Made by a program: the position numbers and the translations under genes. Of a DNA stretch of 64,000 bases, positions 53,940-63,552 are shown in pieces. Below the pieces are notes generated by a model, which saw nothing but the letters and a program-made list of their open reading frames with translations, had not been told where the DNA came from and searched no databases. The stretch's first letter is position 1, and each line of letters starts with the position of its first letter. Source of the DNA: a virus. The stretch is taken from positions 32,001-96,000 of the IMG/VR virus record IMGVR_UViG_3300022864_000001. One strand, written 5' to 3'.

Positions 53940-54386
53940 CTATCCCACGAGTAGCACTGAGTTTCCAGATGGGAACGTGCCCGGTTGCGTTACGGGCAGG
54001 GTCTTGGCGTTCCATCCATAGAACACCACACACCCATAGTCGTTAGCACCAGCAACGCCAGTGACATCCAGAGTCACATAGTCAAAGCCGTCACTGAGCC
54101 GCTCTGTAGCGAACTCAAGGACGAACACCTGATCGTCGTCGTCGGCCGCGATGACATCTGTCGCCCCAGTCAAGTCTTTGATGCTCGCTGTTTCGGTAGC
54201 ATCAGTATCCTGCTCAACCTGTAGTGTCAACGCGCTATCCAATGCTCCCAAGTAAACAACAAAGGCGCAGTGGGTATAGTTACCCACATAGATATACGAC
54301 GCGCTAAGCGGATAGTGCTGGTTGACCAGCGTATCCTCAGTATTAAGCAGGAGCGTGTACATGTGTCTGTACCAGTTTTGTCGCAT
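53940..54386 (-). CDS. capsid decoration/cement-like protein
   Basis: Follows the MCP; GAGGAG RBS; beta-rich. Confidence 0.6.
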   Translation of the reverse strand: MRQNWYRHMYTLLLNTEDTLVNQHYPLSASYIYVGNYTHCAFVVYLGALDSALTLQVEQDTDATETASIKDLTGATDVIAADDDDQVFVLEFATERLSDGFDYVTLDVTGVAGANDYGCVVFYGWNAKTLPVTQPGTFPSGNSVLLVG

Positions 54387-54425
54387 TTTCTTATCTCCTC
54401 AACAGACATTCCTGTCTGTTATATT

Positions 54426-55853
54426 CTAGGCACTAACTTTTTGGACTGCCAGTTTGTACGTCTCAACCAACTGCCCACCAAGCCTGCGCCGCATTACGAA
54501 CTTGACCGTGTTCAACTCAGCCTCTGTACCACCCAGGAAGCGCTCGACAGTCATGCCCACGCGGTCGGCGATGTAGTACGCACTGAAATCGCCAAACAGG
54601 ATGGGATATGCATCAGCAGCGATGCTCGGCATACCTTCTTGCATGTACACGGGATAGCCAAGCAGCATAAGCGGTTGTCCTGCTTGCTGGTCGGGTTCCC
54701 AGAGGTAGTTGCCCGCGCCATCCTTCATCGTGCGGATCTCCTCAACAGTCGCCCGTTCCATAAGCCATCTGGCCCTGGGCAGATACTGCGACGCGATAGC
54801 ATAAACCATTCCGATCAGGCCGTGCTTGGTAACCGCAGCGCCTGCGCCGTCCCACGTTAGGGCGTTGGCATTGCCAGTATCCTCTTCAGTCAGCCCCCCG
54901 ACGTTAGCACTGCCAGGCAGGATGCCCAAGGGGCTCGCGCCACCAGCGCTCGTCAAGAATCTGTTGTCCTCATCAATCCCCGCCGCCTCTGCATACTTCG
55001 TCGCCAAGAAGTCCTCAACGTCGAAGAAGGCATCCTCAAGCATGTTCCGAGAGATTGGCGTAGTTGCCATAACCGTATGAATGGCAATGTTTTCCATGCC
55101 AAACGTCAGGTTCGTTTCTGATTGGCCCGCCGTGGGCGTCTCGTCAACCCATGTTACTCGGACAGCGGACGTATACTGGTCATCACCCCCAGTACCTACA
55201 GGGATGCTAACCATGTCGCGGCTGGTCGTCAGCTTGAATGCCCACGGGCGGATCATCGTAAATCCTGGCATACGCTCGATGACGCGGGAGTTGAAGTCTA
55301 TTGGGACGGCGTAGCCGCCTAGCACATCACTCCCCTCGACCATCGTAGCTTTTAGGACCTTGACGTCATAGATGCCCTGGGCCAACGCGTCCTTGATAGC
55401 CGCGGGCGTATAGACGATGTTGCGCATTGCTTTGCGCTCAATCGAGTCCATATCGTCCAGCCCAACACGCAAGTACTTGTTGAACGCTGCTTTCTGGGCC
55501 CAGTATTTCCCTACATAATCGTGGCCGTGAAGATTGGTCAGGAGGGACTTGACCATATTGTCGGTATCCCCGAATTTGGTTACATAAGCAGCCTTATGCA
55601 CCATCTGTGCTGGTGTCTCAGTCGGCTCTACTGGATCGGGTGTCGGCAGATTGCCCCCACCCATCATCGGCAGTGGCGGGCGTACGGGTTCAGGTGTAGC
55701 CGCCTTGATATTGTCTACTTTCTGCATTTCCTCAATGGCCTCGGCAGTGCCCTCAGCTTCCTCGCGGAGCCTGCGACCGTTTTCCAAGTCGCCGTCCTCC
55801 AGGGCCTTGTGCGCTTCAATCTTGAGAGATGCAAGTTTCTCTTGCAGATTCAT
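54426..55853 (-). CDS. major capsid protein (HK97 fold)
   Basis: GGYAVP, WVDE, ISRNMLED, KDGAGNYLW, LLGYPV, ILFGDF, RLGG. Confidence 0.95.
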   Translation of the reverse strand: MNLQEKLASLKIEAHKALEDGDLENGRRLREEAEGTAEAIEEMQKVDNIKAATPEPVRPPLPMMGGGNLPTPDPVEPTETPAQMVHKAAYVTKFGDTDNMVKSLLTNLHGHDYVGKYWAQKAAFNKYLRVGLDDMDSIERKAMRNIVYTPAAIKDALAQGIYDVKVLKATMVEGSDVLGGYAVPIDFNSRVIERMPGFTMIRPWAFKLTTSRDMVSIPVGTGGDDQYTSAVRVTWVDETPTAGQSETNLTFGMENIAIHTVMATTPISRNMLEDAFFDVEDFLATKYAEAAGIDEDNRFLTSAGGASPLGILPGSANVGGLTEEDTGNANALTWDGAGAAVTKHGLIGMVYAIASQYLPRARWLMERATVEEIRTMKDGAGNYLWEPDQQAGQPLMLLGYPVYMQEGMPSIAADAYPILFGDFSAYYIADRVGMTVERFLGGTEAELNTVKFVMRRRLGGQLVETYKLAVQKVSA

Positions 55854-55855
55854 AA

Positions 55856-56884
55856 CTATCCTCCTACTTCTAGGTCTAACAAGGCCAGCCGTTCGCGTTC
55901 CACAGCGATTTCCCATTGGCGCGCTTCTTCATCAGCGCCTTCGCCATCGTCAATCTCTGGGAACTCCAATCCGGCAGCCTTGTAAACTGCTTTCAATTCT
56001 GATACTGGGCGCTCCAGCATCCGATATTCCATGGGGGTTTGCGTCATAGAAACATCTACGATGCACCACTGTTCTAGCCACCCATCTTTCGCAACCTTTC
56101 GATGCCCAGAAAGACATCCCGTACTCGTGTGCAGGCTGCCTTCCGCAATCATGGCCGCGATGGCCGCGCGGTACTCATTGCCTTTCTTCATCTCGGCTTC
56201 GTACCACAAGCCCACGTCGTCAACTAGCATGATGTCTACTAGGCCCACGACGCTGGCCTTCATTGTCTCATCCGCCCCGTGGTGGTAAAACAGTGGCAAC
56301 TTGCCCACGGCATCGTATACATTCAGCATCTCGCCAGTTTTGTCCGTGAAGTATTCCTTAACCAAATCCCTGCGGTCTGGCCCACCCCAAAGAGCAGCGT
56401 AAGCACCGAGGCGGTGTTGGCCTAATGCCTTGATCGCCAATCCAACAGGGGCGCCGCAGTTGCCCTTGGGGATTACGGTCTTGGTTTGAGCCTTCACTAC
56501 ATCAGCGCTGCTACTCGGCGCGCCCTTTGCCGCAACAGTTGGTTCAATCGCTTCACCGCCTATATGCTCACCAACGCTAGGCGCGTCGGGAATAGCCTTC
56601 GTTACTTCTACCCATTCGCGTTCGACTTCTGGGCGTTCCACTTCAACCCACTCGTCTTCATCAGCGAATGTCATTCCCCCACCAGCCTGGGTAAAGGGGA
56701 CCTTGAAGTTCTTCGTTCTTTCCACGATTACGTGCTCGTCCCACACTTCTCTTACCCATACACCTTCTGCCCCAGACCAATACGCTTCCTCCTCGCCGCT
56801 CACTGTGTAGAACTGCTGCCGGATCCGCGAGGTCAGCTCGTCCAGGTTTTCAGCCTTGTTCAAATCAATTATTTCTTCACTCAT
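55856..56884 (-). CDS. prohead protease with N-terminal extension
   Basis: DLVKEYF, PLFYHH, DDVGLWYEA, STG, SMTQTP. Confidence 0.8.
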   Translation of the reverse strand: MSEEIIDLNKAENLDELTSRIRQQFYTVSGEEEAYWSGAEGVWVREVWDEHVIVERTKNFKVPFTQAGGGMTFADEDEWVEVERPEVEREWVEVTKAIPDAPSVGEHIGGEAIEPTVAAKGAPSSSADVVKAQTKTVIPKGNCGAPVGLAIKALGQHRLGAYAALWGGPDRRDLVKEYFTDKTGEMLNVYDAVGKLPLFYHHGADETMKASVVGLVDIMLVDDVGLWYEAEMKKGNEYRAAIAAMIAEGSLHTSTGCLSGHRKVAKDGWLEQWCIVDVSMTQTPMEYRMLERPVSELKAVYKAAGLEFPEIDDGEGADEEARQWEIAVERERLALLDLEVGG

Positions 56885-56917
56885 ATCTTTACCTTCCTTA
56901 TTGTCCAGCCAGAAAAG

Positions 56918-56931
56918 TCTTTGTACAAAGA
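56918..56931. promoter_or_regulatory. palindromic operator-like site, copy 3
   Basis: TCTTTGTACAAAGA upstream of the protease gene. Confidence 0.55.
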
Positions 56932-57036
56932 GAAAGCGCCCATGCATCGTGGACACGTTGGTCCAAACACATGGGCGCAAGGGGCGCAGCTTATTCGTAT
57001 TATGTGACCATTTCGCGAATAGTCGGTTTCTTATTC

Positions 57037-57267
57037 TTATAGATGCATGTTACACAACGCCGCCAACCGTGACAACGCACGTTCGTCCATTAACCCAAAG
57101 TCTATAGCTAGGCGCACCAGATGAGCCAAGCCCAAGATATTCGTATGCTTTTGGCCGTGATGCCTTGACGTGATGCTGATGCGTCCCCCAGGCAGCAAAT
57201 AACCGCAGGGAAGAACACACCCTGAAGCGTGCGCACACGTCAACGGGATTCTTTCTTCGTTAGCCAT
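57037..57267 (-). CDS. small putative Zn-binding protein
   Basis: C....C...C..SRHHG..H. Confidence 0.5.
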   Translation of the reverse strand: MANEERIPLTCAHASGCVLPCGYLLPGGRISITSRHHGQKHTNILGLAHLVRLAIDFGLMDERALSRLAALCNMHL

Positions 57268-57350
57268 GATAGCGTGGCGGGCGCCGCGGGCGTAGCGAGA
57301 GTAAAATGGCAATAATTATCGCTATGACCAACAGCGCCCGCTCCCACATG

Positions 57351-57731
57351 CTAAAGCGTGAAAGCCCGGCTACCCATGACCGCCCGTTGGGCAACGGCCA
57401 TATCGACCGCGTCTAGCGTTTCGACGAAGCGTCCCCATTGCTCCCAACAAAGGGCCAGGTACTTATCCTTGTTGATGAAGAAGCGCAGGAATCTAATTTC
57501 AGACAAGTAGTTATCCCAAAACGGCCCGGCAATGGCCCACACGTCCTCTTGGCTAACTTCCTGTAGGGCATCTTCAGCAAACTCCATGACGAGTTCTCGC
57601 ACCCACACCCAGACGTCCGCGAGTAGGCCATCTTTGTGCTTCTTCGCGAGATATATGGCCAGCCCGGCTAGGACGACTACTACCTGCCAAATCTCACCGA
57701 GGTTCTCAATGATCCAATTCCACCATGCCAT
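57351..57731 (-). CDS. membrane protein (holin-like candidate)
   Basis: AAGGAG RBS; N-terminal TM helix followed by a basic patch. Confidence 0.55.
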   Translation of the reverse strand: MAWWNWIIENLGEIWQVVVVLAGLAIYLAKKHKDGLLADVWVWVRELVMEFAEDALQEVSQEDVWAIAGPFWDNYLSEIRFLRFFINKDKYLALCWEQWGRFVETLDAVDMAVAQRAVMGSRAFTL

Positions 57732-57763
57732 GCTCTTTCTCCTTTACTTTAGCAAATTCTATG

Positions 57764-58600
57764 CTATTCTGTTCCGCCTTGTGTCTGTACTGCGTCAAGC
57801 AGTATCCACCCCTTATGGTGGGGCAGCTTGCCGTTCTTTACGCTGCCCATGTGGCCGTTGTGAAGCCCGCGCCCTTGACACATGCGCTTGAGGTTCACGC
57901 CAGCGGGGATAATCTCGCCGGTATCCCTGTGGATGAACGCGGGGTATGGCTTAGCCATAGCCGCGCCTATTTTGAGCCTTGTCCCCTTCGTGAGATGTTT
58001 CCCCCAGTTGTGGTTAAGCTCGCCTGTCAGGGATGCGCCTATCTTCTGTTTGTGGCCTTCAGTAAGGATATGGCCTAGACAGTTTTGGTTGCCCATCTTA
58101 CGCTCGCTCTGCTGGCGCTTAAATTCGCCAGTGTGCTTGTACCCCTTGCCGTTTTGATTGCCTAGGCCATATTGATTGCCCAGTAGAGATATGCTTATCT
58201 TTTGTTTGCTTTCCTCTGTGTGATTACGCCCTAACCAGTGTTGGTTGCCCATCTGTGAAGCACTCATTTTGAGCCTTGACTTTTCTGTATGCTTACGCCC
58301 CGCCATTGACGATTTGGCATTTTGTGCAGTATTGTAGCTTTTTCCCTCAGCAATGCGCCTGTCAATCCACTTTTGTTCTACTGCAACAAGCAAAGCAGGG
58401 TCTTCTACTACTTCCAGAATATGGAACTCAAATATATCCTCGCCGTCCTTGTCCCAGGCCGCTTGGAAGTCTACGCAATGGTGTCTCCCATTACGGAGCG
58501 TATAAAGATGCTGCTTCTGCCGTTGCTCAATGTTCCCCGAGCTTCCAGTATATGCATACCCGTCCAGCCCGTTCTCAAACTCGTAAACACCCTGTATCAT
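57764..58600 (-). CDS. GIY-YIG homing endonuclease with NUMOD3-like repeats
   Basis: MIQGVYE..AYTGSS.NIE.R; MGNQ repeats. Confidence 0.85.
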   Translation of the reverse strand: MIQGVYEFENGLDGYAYTGSSGNIEQRQKQHLYTLRNGRHHCVDFQAAWDKDGEDIFEFHILEVVEDPALLVAVEQKWIDRRIAEGKSYNTAQNAKSSMAGRKHTEKSRLKMSASQMGNQHWLGRNHTEESKQKISISLLGNQYGLGNQNGKGYKHTGEFKRQQSERKMGNQNCLGHILTEGHKQKIGASLTGELNHNWGKHLTKGTRLKIGAAMAKPYPAFIHRDTGEIIPAGVNLKRMCQGRGLHNGHMGSVKNGKLPHHKGWILLDAVQTQGGTE

Positions 58601-58613
58601 GCCACAATATACG

Positions 58614-58835
58614 TTACGAAAACGCATTGTGTGCCTCGGAAAATATAGCTTTTACGCTATTGGTATCTTTGGCCCCTTGCAGTTTTGCGAGTATGTCTAC
58701 AACTACCATCTCTGGTATCAGTGCCGCCACGAATTCTCTCTCATTAGGCAGCTTACCCCTCTCCATTTCCCCGAGGGCTACTTTGCGCCACCTCTTCAAC
58801 TCGCCCCGTACAGCTACACGAAGTGCTTTGTCTTC
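58614..58835 (-). CDS. in-frame C-terminal continuation of the portal beyond a TAG
   Basis: EDKALRVAVRGELKRWRKVAL..GK.P..REF in the portal frame. Confidence 0.55.
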   Translation of the reverse strand, partial: EDKALRVAVRGELKRWRKVALGEMERGKLPNEREFVAALIPEMVVVDILAKLQGAKDTNSVKAIFSEAHNAFS

Positions 58836-60230
58836 CTATAAGACATCACCCTGATCCTCCGGTTCTTCGGGCACATCATCGCCCCCTCCCCCAGCAAGAC
58901 GATTCGTCAGCCTCTCCGGCGCTTCAGAACCCGTCAGCGTGCCAACTCTTTGTCTCAATACCTCAACGCCACCAGGGGCAGCCAAGTGCTTCAGCAAGCG
59001 GACGGGTATTTTGCAGACCTCGTAGCCTATGGGTTTTAAATCCAATACCGCGCGGTTCTCGTCTATCGTCCTGTCCTGGGAATATTGCGCGTATTCTTGC
59101 ACGCTTATTGCCCTATCAGTGGGAATGACGTTCGGCGACTTGGCCAGGAAATCATCACCGTAGAATTGCCGCATTACCAGCGTCCACTGGGCAGCAAAGC
59201 TGTCTAGTATGGGTTGCGTAGTGTTCTGGGCAAAACTTGCCAATACAGCATACAGATTCTCGCTGGCTACTTCGCCCGTTACTAAGCCGTTTGGTATGCC
59301 AAAAATCTGGTAAATCTGTCCACGGTTGAATTCGCGACTGAGCCGCAGTTGCATCTCCTCCATTGACTGTTGGATAATTTCAACAGAGAGGTCTCCACCA
59401 CGAACGATGGCCGATGCGCGACCTTGCCCAAATTGCTCGTGGATTGCCTCTTTAGCCTCAACAAAATCAGTATCAGAGATTTCAGGTGGCAACGACAAAA
59501 TAGCGGTCGGTACAGCGTTGTCTTCGCCATAGAACTGCTGTTCCCAATCTGCCTGGGCCAAGTCTGTTCTAATAGGCGAAAGCGCTGCTGTCAGGCTGCT
59601 GAGTCCCTCCCAATAGCTCCAGAAATTCGGGAAGCGCAGACAGAATACGTTCTCGCCAGGCAACTGGTGCTTCTGCCCGTCAATGGTAATGACGTAATCA
59701 ATGATAATGCGCCCTGTTATCCGCGACCTGTGCAACGTTTTGGGCAATGGAGACACTTTGTTCGATGGCAGGGGCCAAAGTTCCACCGGCTCGCCACGGC
59801 CTATCTTGGGCGTTGAGATAAAAATGTGTGCGTTCCCACGTAGAAGATACCAGCCCAAAGTATATCGCGCGATATAGTCGTAGCTGAACATATCGTTCGG
59901 CATACGAAGCAGTTTGTCGAACGCGTGGTTTGGCGTCGCAACAACTTCCCCGTCTGCCTCCTGTTTGGCCGCAAATGGCCGCGAGTCCTGGCGAGCTACC
60001 GCACTTCCAATGACACGTAACGCAGTCCAAACCGCGTATGATGTAATCGCAATAAGTTCAGCGTCAGACGAATCCACGGTTTGCCCGGCCCGCGACTCGG
60101 CCAGCTTCCCCATCAGGTTCATAATTACGCGCTGAGAACTGGTATTGCCGTGCAACGGCGCCCGCGCGTATGCCCACGCGGAAGACCAATAGTGTAACCA
60201 CCGCCCTAATGTGTTGGGAGGCCCTGTCAT
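58836..60230 (-). CDS. portal protein (HK97 family)
   Basis: LLRMPN, LRGNAHI, ELWPLP, GLSSL, IFGIP..L, TIDENRA..L.P. Confidence 0.92.
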   Translation of the reverse strand: MTGPPNTLGRWLHYWSSAWAYARAPLHGNTSSQRVIMNLMGKLAESRAGQTVDSSDAELIAITSYAVWTALRVIGSAVARQDSRPFAAKQEADGEVVATPNHAFDKLLRMPNDMFSYDYIARYTLGWYLLRGNAHIFISTPKIGRGEPVELWPLPSNKVSPLPKTLHRSRITGRIIIDYVITIDGQKHQLPGENVFCLRFPNFWSYWEGLSSLTAALSPIRTDLAQADWEQQFYGEDNAVPTAILSLPPEISDTDFVEAKEAIHEQFGQGRASAIVRGGDLSVEIIQQSMEEMQLRLSREFNRGQIYQIFGIPNGLVTGEVASENLYAVLASFAQNTTQPILDSFAAQWTLVMRQFYGDDFLAKSPNVIPTDRAISVQEYAQYSQDRTIDENRAVLDLKPIGYEVCKIPVRLLKHLAAPGGVEVLRQRVGTLTGSEAPERLTNRLAGGGGDDVPEEPEDQGDVL

Positions 60231-60280
60231 GTTTTTCTCATAGTCTCAATGCTCTTCTTCTGACTCTAAGTAATCAGACT

Positions 60281-61000
60281 TTAGCATTTCCTATATTGTT
60301 CGTTGAAGTTCAATGTCGCGTTGCACTTCTCGCAGATATAATTCCCAACAGTTGTTGCCCCGCAATGCCAACATTCCCGTGTAAGATTCTGCAACTCTTT
60401 CTCTGGCAAACGGTTGCCACCACAGAACTTGCAGGTGTGGCTATTCCAATCGCATAGAGCGCCGCACCAAGGACACAAACGCGCCTTGGGCTGGCTTACA
60501 AAGCCCACGTCGCCCAACATTGCACCCCAATCAGGCACGCGTTCCTCATTCGTGGTGAAGCAGAAACCTGGCCCTAGCAGCAACGTAACCTTTATTGCAG
60601 GCCATGTCTCGCTGTTAAGGGTGCGGTCAATGCCCACTAACCATCCAGTCCACTTAGCGCGCTCTACAGCCTTGTCCAACAAATCTGTTCCACCGCCACA
60701 TTGCGGGCAAGTCAAAACGCCTGTTGTATAGGTCGTGCCACAATAACGACAAACATGCCCCCATCCAATGTCGCGGTAGCCAATATGCGAACCGCATTCT
60801 AGGTGGTTCATCGTTGCCGCGCTGTAGCCAAGTTCCAGTTCCATGTGCGCGGTTACGCCCGTAGAAACTAGGGCAAACGAGCCGTCAAATGTTGGCATTC
60901 TTACCGTATCGTTTTCAACGCTTAGGTTGGCCGCATATATGTGGCTCCCCAAGAACTTGCCACCAACGGGCAAAAAGTGGCGCATCTGTGTTGTCGCCAT
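60281..61000 (-). CDS. multi-Zn-ribbon protein
   Basis: Six CxxC motifs. Confidence 0.65.
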   Translation of the reverse strand: MATTQMRHFLPVGGKFLGSHIYAANLSVENDTVRMPTFDGSFALVSTGVTAHMELELGYSAATMNHLECGSHIGYRDIGWGHVCRYCGTTYTTGVLTCPQCGGGTDLLDKAVERAKWTGWLVGIDRTLNSETWPAIKVTLLLGPGFCFTTNEERVPDWGAMLGDVGFVSQPKARLCPWCGALCDWNSHTCKFCGGNRLPEKELQNLTRECWHCGATTVGNYICEKCNATLNFNEQYRKC

Positions 61001-61017
61001 GAAAAACTCCTGTTAAT

Positions 61018-61857
61018 CTATATCTCTGGCATGCAGTAACGCATTTCGGGCTTGGTGGGAATCGCGGCGGCTAAACCAGCGTAATATTGCAATAGGGCGC
61101 CGCGCCTTGCAAGCTTAATTATGCTTATCTTCTGCTTGGTTGCGTCACTGTGCTTATGGCCCAGGTGGTATTGGTTTCCCCTTTTGGCATCGCTCATCTT
61201 TTGCTTGGCCGCGAGGGTGTGGTGTTTCCCCCACATGGGATGAAGAGGGCCCTTAACGGCATCGCCTATTTTGCGTTTGTGGTCTTCGGTGAGCTTCTTG
61301 CCTAAGTGGGCCTCGCGGTTTTTGCGGTTGGCTTCTTCAGTGTGGTGTTTCCCCCACATGGGGTTGCCCTCACCCGTATTGTTATCGCTCATCTTCTGCC
61401 TAGACTCTGGGGTATGCTTATAGCCCCGGGTGTTCTGGTTGCCCATCATGCGTTCGCTTTGCTTGCGGCAAAACTCCTCAGTATGCTTGTAGCCCAGGCA
61501 ATATTGATTGCCTGTCGAGGCCTCGCCTATTTTTCTCTTGTGGTCTTCTGTAAGGGTGCGCCCCCGCATCGGCGCGCCGGCGAAAGGTGCAACGTTATAG
61601 CAATTTCCCCAAAATGCATCCAAATACTCCTGCTCTATCTCTGTGAGCAGGCTGGTGTCTTCAATTACTTCCAGGACACAGAACTCAAACGCGCCTTCAC
61701 CATACTTGTTCCAGGCGCGCTGGAGATGAATGCAGTGATGCTTCCCATGGCCAAGTGCGCGGCGGTGCTCCCCCCAACGCTTCTCAATATTTATTGAACC
61801 TCCTCTATACGCTTTCCCGCTCTGGCGATGCGTAATCTTGTAAATGCCCTGAGTCAT
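61018..61857 (-). CDS. GIY-YIG homing endonuclease with NUMOD3 repeats
   Basis: MTQGIYKI..AYRGGS.NIE.RW; GNPMWGKHHTEE. Confidence 0.88.
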   Translation of the reverse strand: MTQGIYKITHRQSGKAYRGGSINIEKRWGEHRRALGHGKHHCIHLQRAWNKYGEGAFEFCVLEVIEDTSLLTEIEQEYLDAFWGNCYNVAPFAGAPMRGRTLTEDHKRKIGEASTGNQYCLGYKHTEEFCRKQSERMMGNQNTRGYKHTPESRQKMSDNNTGEGNPMWGKHHTEEANRKNREAHLGKKLTEDHKRKIGDAVKGPLHPMWGKHHTLAAKQKMSDAKRGNQYHLGHKHSDATKQKISIIKLARRGALLQYYAGLAAAIPTKPEMRYCMPEI

Positions 61858-61878
61858 ATTTTCTCCAAAAGCGGACAG

Positions 61879-63552
61879 CTAGAAAAAGTCAATGAGGACT
61901 TTGCGTGCCGGTGCGAAGGTCAGCATCAGTGCCTCAAACCGATCAGGCGAGCGCTTGAGCTTCTCCCGCAACACCCGCTTTTTTGTTACCTGGAGTCCGA
62001 AATCTGTGTTGTCATACCGCGGTGCCAAAAGTTCCTCCAACAAGAGCTCGTCGGGCGGCAGCATCGCGCCCTTGTCCGTAGCGAGCCACTCTGCCACCTC
62101 GAAATAAAGCTGATCCCGTAATCGCCGGAACTTGAGCCGCGCCTCGTTTTGCGTCGGGGTTTTCGTCGGCTTCTCGCTGACCTTCACGCCCTGAGCGCGC
62201 GCTCCTTCTTTCCGCATAGCAGGTGCGACGCCTGCACCAATCCCAATCGCGTCTACGTAGGCTACTTGTGCCCCGACGTCCTTGTAAATCTGGGTAGCCC
62301 TTAGAGCGCTCTCTCCTGTATCGACGCCCCTCCACGACAAGAGTCGCGCCACCCATCCGCCATAACGCTTGCACAAGACTGTAGCGTCGGGGCCTTGCTC
62401 CCCAATGTCTAGCCCAATTATAGGACTCGTCCCCTCTGGTGGCTTCTCACCGTGTACTGCAACGTAAGCATCCCAGCGCGCTCTCGCAGCATCAACATCG
62501 GCCTGTGGAATAAGCTGCTGCTCTTCCTGGGACGGATACCTCGCCAATACCATATACGCGAGCTCAGGTATTTTGACCGCCCGCCATCCAGCAGCCAACG
62601 GTGCATACGTACCGCCATCGTCTCTCTTGGCAGTTGTACCCACCAAGCAATCGGGCACTTGGAAGCAATTGCTGTCCGGCTCTTCACCTTCTACCAACGG
62701 TCGAGACCACTCGTTGATGCGCCTTACGGTCGTTTCGCGAGATACTGCGCCTGGAATGATGTCTCGTCCAGTTACGACGTTGATGTGGTCCAAAGCTGAA
62801 ATCTTTACGACGTTGGCCTTGCCGTCTCGTATCATTCGATATACCGCGCCCATCTTGGCACGGGGATTGAACATGACGAGCAATCTATCGTGCGACCCGC
62901 TCATGCAGCTCTCAATCCCCCGGTAGACCTCGTCAGGGACTGCGTCGCCCTCGTCCACCACAAAGAGCAAGTGGGGACTATGCCGCCCTGAAAACTTGGC
63001 CTCTCGTTGTGCCGCTGTGCCGCTCTGGGGTATGGTCACACCTGTGAGAAAAGACGGTTCGGGTTGCGCCGATGTTGCTGTTCGCTCAATGTGCAGGTTC
63101 AATATCTTGCTGCCAGAAAAGAGCCAGGGCGACCGGTTGTTCACAGCCCCGATTTCGCCCCAAAGCAGTTGTTTCAAGTTGCGCTCTGGCGGGGCCGCAG
63201 TGCTGTAGACTTTGGAATCAGGGAACATGGTAAAGAACCACGCGCAGATGTGTGCTGCCGCAAAGGTCTTTCCTGTCGAATTGCCGCTCATGGCAATGGT
63301 TATGCGGTTATCCCTGACAGATTCCATCAGGCGCTTAATATCGTCGGTCAGCACTCCTACACCTAGCGCTTGTAAGCAAAACCCGACAGGATCGTCCACG
63401 TATTTGCTGCGCAGGGCGTCTAGGGTTTTCGCCCTGGCAGCCGCGGCGCCGCTTGGTAGAGCCACGCCCTTTTCTTTCGCTATCGCCTCGATCAGCGCGA
63501 GGTCGCGCAGCAGGCGGAGTCGATCAGTATCGTCATTCGGCATCATCAACAA
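61879..63552 (-). CDS. terL: terminase large subunit
   Basis: SGNSTGKT Walker A, FVVDEG Walker B, MFNP, IGLDIG, VDAIGIG, RSPDRFEAL. Confidence 0.92.
   Translation of the reverse strand: MLMMPNDDTDRLRLLRDLALIEAIAKEKGVALPSGAAAARAKTLDALRSKYVDDPVGFCLQALGVGVLTDDIKRLMESVRDNRITIAMSGNSTGKTFAAAHICAWFFTMFPDSKVYSTAAPPERNLKQLLWGEIGAVNNRSPWLFSGSKILNLHIERTATSAQPEPSFLTGVTIPQSGTAAQREAKFSGRHSPHLLFVVDEGDAVPDEVYRGIESCMSGSHDRLLVMFNPRAKMGAVYRMIRDGKANVVKISALDHINVVTGRDIIPGAVSRETTVRRINEWSRPLVEGEEPDSNCFQVPDCLVGTTAKRDDGGTYAPLAAGWRAVKIPELAYMVLARYPSQEEQQLIPQADVDAARARWDAYVAVHGEKPPEGTSPIIGLDIGEQGPDATVLCKRYGGWVARLLSWRGVDTGESALRATQIYKDVGAQVAYVDAIGIGAGVAPAMRKEGARAQGVKVSEKPTKTPTQNEARLKFRRLRDQLYFEVAEWLATDKGAMLPPDELLLEELLAPRYDNTDFGLQVTKKRVLREKLKRSPDRFEALMLTFAPARKVLIDFF

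Noticed and set aside
58836-58838. Genome-wide TAG recoding
   Set aside because: Many conserved genes end correctly at TAG and no suppressor tRNA was seen.
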